The notes under the pieces were generated by a model that was not told where the DNA came from, did not search any database, and saw nothing but the letters and a program-made list of their open reading frames with translations. Of a stretch of 64,000 nucleotides of DNA, positions 26,764 to 35,015 are shown piece by piece. The translations under genes were made by a program, and so were the position numbers. Numbering within the stretch: position 1 is the stretch's first letter; the number at the start of each line of letters is the position of its first letter. Origin of the DNA: Candidatus Iainarchaeum sp. (GTDB lineage: Archaea; Iainarchaeota; Iainarchaeia; Iainarchaeales; SKW153); contig JAOAJD010000001.1 of the NCBI GenBank assembly GCA_026414365.1, positions 413,745 through 477,744 on the forward strand. The letters run 5' to 3'.

Positions 26764-27846
26764 GTGTTTTTGATGGTTTTGAAAATAAAAAACATATACT
26801 TAGGTAATTACAAAAGATTAATGATAATACCTATAGCAATATTTGTTTTGTCTCTTATTTGCATATTTATTTATCCGAGAGTCAGTTTAGGAATAGACTT
26901 TACTGGTGGAAATAGGCTTTTACTTAAGACAGACAAACAAATAAATGCTACAGACTTAAAGAATACGTTACTATTGAAATATCCCCTAAGAGAGCTTTCT
27001 GTTGTAAGTACATCTAATCCTCTCGGTGGATATGGCATAGTGATAGAGTATTCTAAAAACGAGGACTTCGAGATTGTTAATAATAAAATAAATAGTGCTG
27101 CAATCTTAGCAAATTCAAATAAGGAGGAAGCATTTACTGTTTTAAATTCAATCTATGTTATCCTACAAAAATATGATGTTAATGAGAGAGTAAATTCTAA
27201 ACAAATAGAAGAAGCAATCGTTGAGGCCAAATCTTTGGTTTCGGTAGCAAATGAAAATTTCATAAAAGATGTTGAGAGTTTAATAAAGAAAAAATATGGT
27301 GTTTCAAATATAGAAACCCAGAGAAGAGAAGTAGGTGCGTCTTTAGGTAAGGCTTTCATAGAGAGCTCTATTTGGATAGTGTTCTTTAGTTGTTTGGCCA
27401 TATTTGCAGTAGTTTTAATATTCTTTAGAGAAATAATTCCATCTCTAGCAATAATAAGTGCTGCATTAATAGACATCTCTTTTGCTTTAGCAGTTATGTC
27501 AATTGCAGATATCCCCATTTCTTTATCTTCTATTGCATCTTTACTTATGCTATTTGGTTACTCCGTTGATACAGATATTTTATTAACTACAAGGAGTTTG
27601 AAAAGAAAAGAAGGAAGTGTTAGAGAAAGGGCATTTGATAGCATGGTAACAGGTTTAACTATGACAACCACTGCTTTAGCATCACTTTTTGTTATGCTTT
27701 TATTTTCTTATTTATATCAAATATCAGTTATATTCGAAATAGCAATAGTTTTGAGTGCAGGGTTGTTGGCTGATATTCCTGCTACTTGGCTTTTTAATGC
27801 TCCTTTGATAATTTGGTATGTAGAGTCAAAAGGTGTTGTAAAATGA
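26764..27846 (+). CDS. secF: protein-export membrane protein SecF
   Basis: GIDFTGG periplasmic head, then a 6-TM region with VGASLGK... Precedes secD with an ATGA overlap. GTG 26764 or ATG 26773. Confidence 0.88.
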   Translation: MFLMVLKIKNIYLGNYKRLMIIPIAIFVLSLICIFIYPRVSLGIDFTGGNRLLLKTDKQINATDLKNTLLLKYPLRELSVVSTSNPLGGYGIVIEYSKNEDFEIVNNKINSAAILANSNKEEAFTVLNSIYVILQKYDVNERVNSKQIEEAIVEAKSLVSVANENFIKDVESLIKKKYGVSNIETQRREVGASLGKAFIESSIWIVFFSCLAIFAVVLIFFREIIPSLAIISAALIDISFALAVMSIADIPISLSSIASLLMLFGYSVDTDILLTTRSLKRKEGSVRERAFDSMVTGLTMTTTALASLFVMLLFSYLYQISVIFEIAIVLSAGLLADIPATWLFNAPLIIWYVESKGVVK

Positions 27847-29465
27847 CTTCCTTACTGAAGAATTATAAAATACTAATTTTAGTATTCTCCTTACTTTTAG
27901 CAATATCTTTTATTGGAATTTTTGGTGTAAAATTTGGAACTGATTTTAGTGGCGGTACTGTATTTCAGATTAAACTTTTGCACAAAGCAAACCAGCAAGA
28001 AATGCAGACAATTACTTCTGTTATAGAGCACAGGATAAATTCTTTTGGTTTGAAAGATATTACTGTTACCCCAGAAGGTAGCGAGTTTGTTAGAGCAACG
28101 ATTGCAGAAACAGAGCCAGGAAGTATAGAAGAGATAGAAAGAATATTAAGAAAGCAAGGTAAATTTGAGGTTGTTTTTGATGGAAATGTCTTATTTACTG
28201 GTGCAGACATAATACAAATAATAACAGATCCAACACTGGGTTACAAAGTTTACCAAGAAGGAAAAAGTTGGCGATGGGTTCTGCCTTTTGTTATAAAAGA
28301 GAATGCCGCTCAAAACTTTTCTAAGTCTATTTTTCACAGATGTACAATTACAGGTACAAATGAAAAAGGAGAAAGACAGTATGATTGTGATAAAACATAT
28401 TTCTTTATAGATAGACCAAATACAGGTATATTAATAATACCTAAAGAAACATTTGCTGCAGATTCTCTGATTTTCTCAGAGGGTTCTTATATTGCAGGAA
28501 TACCTCAAGATACGGATATTGAAGAATTTCTAACAAACGTTGGTTTGCCATATCTGATAGTTGAAAATGAACTTAATGAAGGGGATATAAATAAACTTTC
28601 TAGTTTAGATAATGAAAATAAGAGAGCTTACATTCCAAAGTCTTTGAGTAAAGGTATACGAGAGAAACTAATTTCTTTAGGATTTGAATTGAAAGAGATT
28701 GAAGAAAGGGAAAATTATCCTTGGGTTTGGATAGCTACTGGTGCTCAAACAATTATATCATTAACACCAAGCGTTACTAACATGGAACCTTATGTTAAGG
28801 ATGTTCAAAATGCTAAGATTTTTTCTAACTTGTTAATTCAAGGAAGTGCTGCAACAAAAGAGGATGCATATAGAGAATTAAAATCAATTAAAGTTATTCT
28901 AGAAACAGGTTCTTTGCCAATTCCTATAGATGATATTTCTAAAGAAGTGATGTCTCCAACCTTAGGTTATGAATTTTTAAACGTTGCTTTAATAATGGGG
29001 ATTTGTTCTTTAATAACAGTTTCATTGGTTGTTTTTTTACGTTATAAATATCTTAATCTAGCAATACCTATAATTTTCACAGCAATAGCAGAAGTTACTT
29101 TAGTTTTAGGTATTGCTGCTTTAATAAACTGGAATTTAGATCTAGCAAGTGTGGCTGGATTGGTTGCAGCAGTTGGTACAGGTGTTAATGATCAAATAGT
29201 TATAACTGATGAACTTATTGCTAGAAAAGAAGAAGAAGTAGCTACTTCTCTGTTGAGTAGAATAAAGAGAGCATTCTTTGTTGTTGTTGCTGCTGCGAGT
29301 ACGACTATTGCTGCTCTCTTACCACTTTTAATCTTAGGTTCTTCTACAAAATTGGTCGGATTTGCTTTTACAACTATCTGTGGTGTCTTAGTAGGTGTTT
29401 TGATTACAAGACCGGCTTATTCTGAAGTTGCTAAAATAATAATAGAAAAAGAGCAAATTAAATAA
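27843..29465 (+). CDS. secD: protein-export membrane protein SecD
   Basis: GTDFSGG, large extracytoplasmic domain, C-terminal TM bundle with GTGVNDQIVITDE. Start placed at the ATG overlapping the secF stop (AATGA), GGTG 7 nt upstream. Confidence 0.88.
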   Translation: MTSLLKNYKILILVFSLLLAISFIGIFGVKFGTDFSGGTVFQIKLLHKANQQEMQTITSVIEHRINSFGLKDITVTPEGSEFVRATIAETEPGSIEEIERILRKQGKFEVVFDGNVLFTGADIIQIITDPTLGYKVYQEGKSWRWVLPFVIKENAAQNFSKSIFHRCTITGTNEKGERQYDCDKTYFFIDRPNTGILIIPKETFAADSLIFSEGSYIAGIPQDTDIEEFLTNVGLPYLIVENELNEGDINKLSSLDNENKRAYIPKSLSKGIREKLISLGFELKEIEERENYPWVWIATGAQTIISLTPSVTNMEPYVKDVQNAKIFSNLLIQGSAATKEDAYRELKSIKVILETGSLPIPIDDISKEVMSPTLGYEFLNVALIMGICSLITVSLVVFLRYKYLNLAIPIIFTAIAEVTLVLGIAALINWNLDLASVAGLVAAVGTGVNDQIVITDELIARKEEEVATSLLSRIKRAFFVVVAAASTTIAALLPLLILGSSTKLVGFAFTTICGVLVGVLITRPAYSEVAKIIIEKEQIK

Positions 29466-29484
29466 AATTTGTCTAAAATCATTT

Positions 29485-29997
29485 TTATATCATTTCACTT
29501 ATCTTGCCAGTTTTTTGTGCTAAGTAGTACCAAATTAAAAAAACAGCAAAAAACATTAAGAACCAACTAACAATGTGAGTAATTTCACCATAGTAATTTC
29601 CTAATCTTTTTGCCACCAGAATTATTGTAGAAACTCTGCTAATATTTAATATAAAAATTGCAATTGATGCGACAATTATAAATTCAACTTTTTTACGTGT
29701 GTCTGGCTTTTTCAGGGGAACAACAATCGCAATAAATGCAATAATACTTGTTAACCCAGTACAAAAGTTTGTTATCTCATATGCATAATTATCTACAATA
29801 ATAAAATTTTCTATATTCTGTGAATTTGTTATTTTTGCAACTAAATTAGCTACTATTATTCCCAAAATCTTAGGGTTTATTATACTAACTAGTAATTCTA
29901 AGGCTAAAAATATAAGGGAAAATTTTATCAAAAAAAAAGTTTTTTCTCTTTTGTTTTTGAGATTGCCAAGTTTATTTTTTTTTATTTTTATCACCAA
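29485..29997 (-). CDS. minimal exosortase/archaeosortase-family protein (tentative)
   Basis: 170 aa, polytopic. Membrane-embedded Cys79 in NFCTGLTS, Arg121 in LNISRVST about 42 aa later, His141 in EITHIVSW. Order and spacing fit the exosortase/archaeosortase signature. 7-nt overlap with carS. Confidence 0.6.
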   Translation of the reverse strand: MVIKIKKNKLGNLKNKREKTFFLIKFSLIFLALELLVSIINPKILGIIVANLVAKITNSQNIENFIIVDNYAYEITNFCTGLTSIIAFIAIVVPLKKPDTRKKVEFIIVASIAIFILNISRVSTIILVAKRLGNYYGEITHIVSWFLMFFAVFLIWYYLAQKTGKISEMI

Positions 29998-30509
29998 GGA
30001 ACTTTTTTTATTTTTAGTTTGTATGCCAAATAGTTCGAGAGCTTATGTGCAATCAAAGTAATAATAACTATTGCTAATATCTCGTAAAATGTTGGAGCAT
30101 ACATAATACTACCAAATACCAAACCACCAAAAACAAAATCTAATTGATCTAAAAACAAAACAGGGTTTCCAGGATCAATTTTATTTCTTCTTTTGAAAAA
30201 ACTAGCTACGATATCTCCTATTATCGCTCCTAAAGAAAGCAGAAAGCCAAACAAAACATAATTTTGATAAACTTGCTCAACAGCAGGATTTATCAAGACT
30301 ACTATGAAAGAAGCAAAACTACCAAAGAATACTCCTGCGATAGTACCTCTGATTGTTTTCCCCTTCCCTAATATAGGCTGATTGTCCAACCATTTTTTGC
30401 CAAAATCTAAAGGCATTCCACCGCCAAATAGCATTGCAAAAGAATTAGCAAAATATAATGGTATTATTATCAATATTATTTTTGACATGAGATAACTAAA
30501 ATTTTCCAT
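29991..30509 (-). CDS. carS: CDP-archaeol synthase (CarS, DUF46 family)
   Basis: 172 aa, polytopic. YFANSFAMLFGGG.PLDFG.....ILGKGKTIRG and DQLDFV match the CarS pattern. Confidence 0.8.
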   Translation of the reverse strand: MENFSYLMSKIILIIIPLYFANSFAMLFGGGMPLDFGKKWLDNQPILGKGKTIRGTIAGVFFGSFASFIVVLINPAVEQVYQNYVLFGFLLSLGAIIGDIVASFFKRRNKIDPGNPVLFLDQLDFVFGGLVFGSIMYAPTFYEILAIVIITLIAHKLSNYLAYKLKIKKVPW

Positions 30510-30665
30510 AATAATCTTTCACAATGATATCAATTAAAGGCGCAATGTTAATTAATATTCTCTAAATAATCGATTGTTTTAAATTTTTATTTTTATGAGT
30601 AAATATAAATTTAAAATATTGTTATTAAGGATTTATAAGGATTTATGGAGAGTGTTTAACATAAG

Positions 30666-31652
30666 ATGAGGCTAAAAGATATCTTCTTTGTACTTTTCCT
30701 ATTTATAGTTTTTTTGATAGGTTTTGCAATACTGGCTAGTGTGTTCTTTTTTGGTGATTACCCAAGCCAAGATACGATAGCAGTTATTCCAATAAGAGGA
30801 ATAATTTTGTCTGGAGGAGAAGATAGTTTATTTTCAAACAACATTGCCAAAGCAGATGATATAGTTGAAAATTTAGAGTTAGCTGCATCAGATCCAACAG
30901 TAAAGGCAATTTTATTAGACATTGATAGTGGTGGTGGTTCTGTTGTAGGATCAAGAAGGATAGTAAAGAAAATAGAGTTAATAAAGAAAGATTTTAACAA
31001 ACCGGTTTTTGCTTATATTAACGAAACTGGCGCAAGTGGTGCTTATTATGTAGCATCAGCTGCAGATTTTATTATTGCGGATGAAGGTAGTTTAGTTGGT
31101 AGCATAGGTGCAATAATAATGATACCTGACATAAATGAGTTTTTGTCTAAAGTAGGGGTTAAGATGAATATTATAAGTTCAGGAGATATGAAAGATATAG
31201 GCAGTATTTACAGACCAATGAAGAAAGAAGAAAGAAAATTGTTTGAAGATATAACTGTTGAAATTCATGAAATGTTTAAAGATGATGTTCTAAGGTATAG
31301 AGAAGGCAAAATAAATAAAGAGAGGTTTAATGAAATATCTGATGGAAGAATTTTTTTAGGTAAACAAGCTTTATTGTATGGTCTCATAGATGCAACAGGC
31401 TCTTATGAAGAGGCATTATCTATAATGAAAAATAAACTAGGTATAAAAGGTAAGTTAAAAATTAAGAAATATTATAAAGAAAGAAGCATTATCGAAAAAA
31501 TTTTCTCTGAAAATGCTTACGCACTTAGTCAAGTTATCAAATATAATATCATAGATTCCTTAAATGCAAGCAATAATCTTAGCGATCATCTGTACTATTC
31601 CAATAATTCTCCCATAAACTATTACAATTATGAAGCATATTATATAAAATGA
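30666..31652 (+). CDS. sppA: signal peptide peptidase SppA (36K type)
   Basis: N-terminal TM; S49 peptidase motifs DIDSGGGSV, GASGAYYVASAAD, SGDMKD. Confidence 0.85.
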   Translation: MRLKDIFFVLFLFIVFLIGFAILASVFFFGDYPSQDTIAVIPIRGIILSGGEDSLFSNNIAKADDIVENLELAASDPTVKAILLDIDSGGGSVVGSRRIVKKIELIKKDFNKPVFAYINETGASGAYYVASAADFIIADEGSLVGSIGAIIMIPDINEFLSKVGVKMNIISSGDMKDIGSIYRPMKKEERKLFEDITVEIHEMFKDDVLRYREGKINKERFNEISDGRIFLGKQALLYGLIDATGSYEEALSIMKNKLGIKGKLKIKKYYKERSIIEKIFSENAYALSQVIKYNIIDSLNASNNLSDHLYYSNNSPINYYNYEAYYIK

Positions 31653-32317
31653 TTAAACATTGTTTGCGCAAATACGGCTGCACTTAGAACTGCTAAAAAG
31701 TTTACTGAATTATTATCTATTAACTTCCTATTTTCAAGTTCAGCTCCAAGTATACTATCTATTATAGAACCAAAAACTCCAGCAACTGTTATTATAACAA
31801 AAGCAATAATATTTTTTTCTATTAAAAAAAAGTATGTTGATGCAATAATAATAGCGCCTATTAGACCACATAATGTTCCTTCTAAAGTAATACCACCATC
31901 AGTGCCTATCTTAACTATTTTTTTTGGATTAGTTATTAGTCTTGGAGATATTTTTGTCATCATACCAAGTTCCGAAGACATAGTATCACTTAATGCTGCA
32001 GCCATTGCTCCAAAAAAAGCAGGTTTGTAACCAAAAGCTATTGCCATTACTGCAGGCAAACCATTACCAATTATATTAAATATATCTCTTCTTTCATGTT
32101 TTTCTTTATTTTCGAGTCTCCCAATGTAAGTACTAATCTCAGCCAGAACGAAAAATATAATCATAGTAAAAAATGCAGACAAACCACCGAAATAAAATAC
32201 AATTAAACCGAACATGTTAGCTAAAAGTATACCTCTTAGTGACATTAACTTTTTATAATATGTAATAAGAGATATAATAATTTGGGTAATTGCTACTATA
32301 AAAGAGCTGTCAATCAT
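31640..32317 (-). CDS. DUF92/TMEM19-family integral membrane protein
   Basis: 225 aa, polytopic. GTDGGITLEGTLCG and glycine-rich helices typical of the DUF92 (TIGR00297-like) family. Confidence 0.7.
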   Translation of the reverse strand: MIDSSFIVAITQIIISLITYYKKLMSLRGILLANMFGLIVFYFGGLSAFFTMIIFFVLAEISTYIGRLENKEKHERRDIFNIIGNGLPAVMAIAFGYKPAFFGAMAAALSDTMSSELGMMTKISPRLITNPKKIVKIGTDGGITLEGTLCGLIGAIIIASTYFFLIEKNIIAFVIITVAGVFGSIIDSILGAELENRKLIDNNSVNFLAVLSAAVFAQTMFNHFI

Positions 32318-32326
32318 AAGAATACT

Positions 32327-33016
32327 TTAATTTTTTTCCGTTTCTTTTGTACTTAACTTATCTTCTTGTTTTTGTTCTTTATACTCTGTTTCGCTATTTG
32401 GCTGTTGCTGCATTTGAACTAATATTTTTTTGTTTATGATGCTTTTAACTAACTCAACCCTCTTTATAGGAATAATCTTTTTTGCCCTATCATTTATTTT
32501 TTTGTTCGTTTCATCTGACAGTATGGCTTGCATTATATTCTTTGAGTCAGTTTCTTTTATAAGATTTTCTAGTTCTTCTTTTATTATCTTTCTTATTGCA
32601 GTCCTTTTTTTCCTATCTGCTTTTTTTGCTGTTACAACAACACATTTGATCTTTATACTGTTATTGTCTTTAGAGGTATTTTTAACCACTAGCTCTATTT
32701 TACTTGTTTTTCTCCTAACAAATTTTTTTAAATAAGTATCATTTATTTCATGCCCCAAAACTACAGTTTCTGCTCTTTTACCTTTAACATCCACAATTCC
32801 AAATTTTATTTTAATATAATGTTGTTTTATTTGATTTAATAGATCTTTTACACTTATCCAAATTGTTCTTCCAATAAGTTGTTCTGGTTTTATAGCTACT
32901 GTTTCTCCAATTTCTTTTTCTCCAAACTCTTTTGGTGCAATTATCTTATACCATTGTTTCTTTTTCCATTTATCAACAGTAGTTCTTTTCATAGATTCTT
33001 TTATTCGTTTACCCAA
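32327..33016 (-). CDS. rps3ae: 30S ribosomal protein S3Ae (eS1)
   Basis: DKWKKKQWYKIIAPKEFG N-terminal signature. TTG start 3 nt after GGTGAT. Gln/Glu/Lys-rich C-terminal extension. Confidence 0.9.
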   Translation of the reverse strand: MGKRIKESMKRTTVDKWKKKQWYKIIAPKEFGEKEIGETVAIKPEQLIGRTIWISVKDLLNQIKQHYIKIKFGIVDVKGKRAETVVLGHEINDTYLKKFVRRKTSKIELVVKNTSKDNNSIKIKCVVVTAKKADRKKRTAIRKIIKEELENLIKETDSKNIMQAILSDETNKKINDRAKKIIPIKRVELVKSIINKKILVQMQQQPNSETEYKEQKQEDKLSTKETEKN

Positions 33017-33136
33017 CCAATCACCCTATCTCTTTGTTTATCTTTTCTATAAAGTTATTCAGATCTGTTTTTTCTTCAACAACAATACTTTTTTTGTTAA
33101 GTTTGATAAAACCTTTTATATAAACAAGCATATTAT

Positions 33137-33592
33137 TCACTTTACCAATAGTGCGCCAACTTCTGAACTGTATCTCCAATTCTTAGGTAATTTACCTTCC
33201 TTCAAATAGTAGTTTTGTAATCTTCTTATCTTGCTAACAGTCAGTTGTAATCCTCTTTTTGCAGTAAAATCTTTTTTATTTGTCTTGAGATGCTTCTCTA
33301 GTTTTGCAGCTTTCTTTATAAGATTTAGAAGATCATGTGGTATTTCAGAGCTTATTTTATTCTCTTTAAGTATCTTTTCTATTTTTTTGCCTGTTATTAT
33401 CTTAACACTAGGAATTCCATATAGATCTCTCAATATTCTACCAATATCTGCTGGTGAATTACCTTCATTTGCTAATTTAACAACGAGCTCCTCTATTTGT
33501 TTTGGTTTGTACTCTACCCAAGTAGGAGGTATTTTCGATGGAGGCTTTTTTGACCTGCTTTTACCTTTACTTCCACTATGCATTCTTGCCAA
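33137..33592 (-). CDS. rps15: 30S ribosomal protein S15 (uS15, S13e type)
   Basis: MARMHSGSKGKSRSKKP N-terminus is canonical. TTG start, GGTG 5 nt upstream. Confidence 0.92.
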   Translation of the reverse strand: MARMHSGSKGKSRSKKPPSKIPPTWVEYKPKQIEELVVKLANEGNSPADIGRILRDLYGIPSVKIITGKKIEKILKENKISSEIPHDLLNLIKKAAKLEKHLKTNKKDFTAKRGLQLTVSKIRRLQNYYLKEGKLPKNWRYSSEVGALLVK

Positions 33593-33777
33593 TTTAACAC
33601 CTTTTAAGCAATAAAGATTCTTTTTACCTTCTCTTCCTTTATTAGGGAAAGAGAAAGCTCATAGCAGAATAACTGCTAAGAAATAAGTAATAAGATTATT
33701 TATAGTATAGCAATATTTAAAAATGTTCTCTATTTATAAATAAGTGATTTATCCATCTGTTTAGCAAATCGCAAAAA

Positions 33778-34392
33778 TTAGTAATATCTTGCCCTCTTTT
33801 CTATCTCTTGCAATTTTGCAATTACTTCTTTGCCTTTAGAAAATTCTCTTTTGTATTCTCCTTCTATAATTTTCCAGCCATCATAATATTTAAAGTGTGT
33901 TGCCAAATATGTTTTTTTTAGGTTTAACAAATCTGTTGCGAAATCTTCAATTTTTTCTGAGAAATACCCAAGACCAAAGTCAATGAAGATTAAATTATCT
34001 TTGTTTTTTATAATATTGCTAGTTGTCAGATCACCATGGATTATAGATGCTTTATGGAGCTTAGCTATATTTTTTCCAACTTCGCTGCATATTTCTTTAT
34101 AGTTATTTGAATTTAGTATTTCTTTCACAAGTTTTCCATTTATTTTTTCTAAATATATCGCAAAATTTTTTTTATCTATCTTTAAAATAAATGGTGTTAA
34201 AACTCCTGCTTGTTTTGCCCTATTTATTAAGGTTACCTCCGCTTTTGTTCTAAATTTCCTTATTTGTTCATCCAATATCTTGTTTCTATATTCTTTTGGC
34301 TTTCTTAATTTTATTATAACGTCTTTGTTAATATAACTAGCTTCTATTAATTCTGCTTCTGCTCCTTCGAATAAAACACTTTTTTTCCTCAT
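33778..34392 (-). CDS. bud32: Kae1-associated kinase Bud32 (KEOPS subunit)
   Basis: Minimal RIO-like kinase: GAEAEL, catalytic IIHGDLTTSNII, DFGL. Confidence 0.85.
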   Translation of the reverse strand: MRKKSVLFEGAEAELIEASYINKDVIIKLRKPKEYRNKILDEQIRKFRTKAEVTLINRAKQAGVLTPFILKIDKKNFAIYLEKINGKLVKEILNSNNYKEICSEVGKNIAKLHKASIIHGDLTTSNIIKNKDNLIFIDFGLGYFSEKIEDFATDLLNLKKTYLATHFKYYDGWKIIEGEYKREFSKGKEVIAKLQEIEKRARYY

Positions 34393-34406
34393 GCATAATC
34401 AAAAAT

Positions 34407-34952
34407 TTAACAAAAGATATCTAATGATTCTTTTTCTTCTTCCAAATATTTTTTTATATATTCATAATATCTTTTTGCGTAATCTATTATACCATATTTA
34501 GAAGCCACATCTTTATAATCTTCAAGAAAAGATTCCATTTTTTTAGATGCTTCTTGAGCTTTTGATAGTGCAGCATCCAACCTTACTTTTGCTTTATATA
34601 TCGGTTTATTTGGTGAGCAGTTATCAGAAAAGGGACTTGGAGCACCATAATACCTCTTTGCTTCATATAAATTTTTTGCTGACTCTGCCATATCCAATCT
34701 AACACTTGTAAGTAGGAAGATAGCCCTGGCCTCCTTGTCTTCTTTTTGCTCTAAATTTTTAATTAAGCTTTTTAGTTCCATAATCAGAGTTTCACAATCA
34801 TCTTCGGTTTTTGGAATATTTGAATTATCTAAATCGTATTTTATCTCTATCCTTTTTAACTCTTGATAATACTCACTTTCTGTAAAAGCTAAATTTATAT
34901 AAGCAAAATAAAAAATGACAATCAAAACAAGAAGTAAAAAAATCTTCTTCAT
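34407..34952 (-). CDS. hypothetical secreted/anchored helical protein
   Basis: 181 aa. N-terminal hydrophobic segment KIFLLLVLIVIFYFAYINLAF, helical charged body. No family recognised. Confidence 0.55.
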   Translation of the reverse strand: MKKIFLLLVLIVIFYFAYINLAFTESEYYQELKRIEIKYDLDNSNIPKTEDDCETLIMELKSLIKNLEQKEDKEARAIFLLTSVRLDMAESAKNLYEAKRYYGAPSPFSDNCSPNKPIYKAKVRLDAALSKAQEASKKMESFLEDYKDVASKYGIIDYAKRYYEYIKKYLEEEKESLDIFC

Positions 34953-35015
34953 AACAACATTTAATTATGATTTTATTTAAACCTTATCTAATTTAATATT
35001 TCAATTAAGAAAAAT

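Noticed and set aside
30627-30646. A perfect 10-nt tandem duplication AAGGATTTAT x2 just upstream of sppA. A direct repeat AATACACTTTT x2 also occurs at about 13073-13101 in the convergent spacer after the 443-aa gene.
   Set aside because: Both have only two short copies in AT-rich promoter or terminator spacers, with no supporting symmetry or recurrence elsewhere in the window. They most likely reflect slippage or chance.
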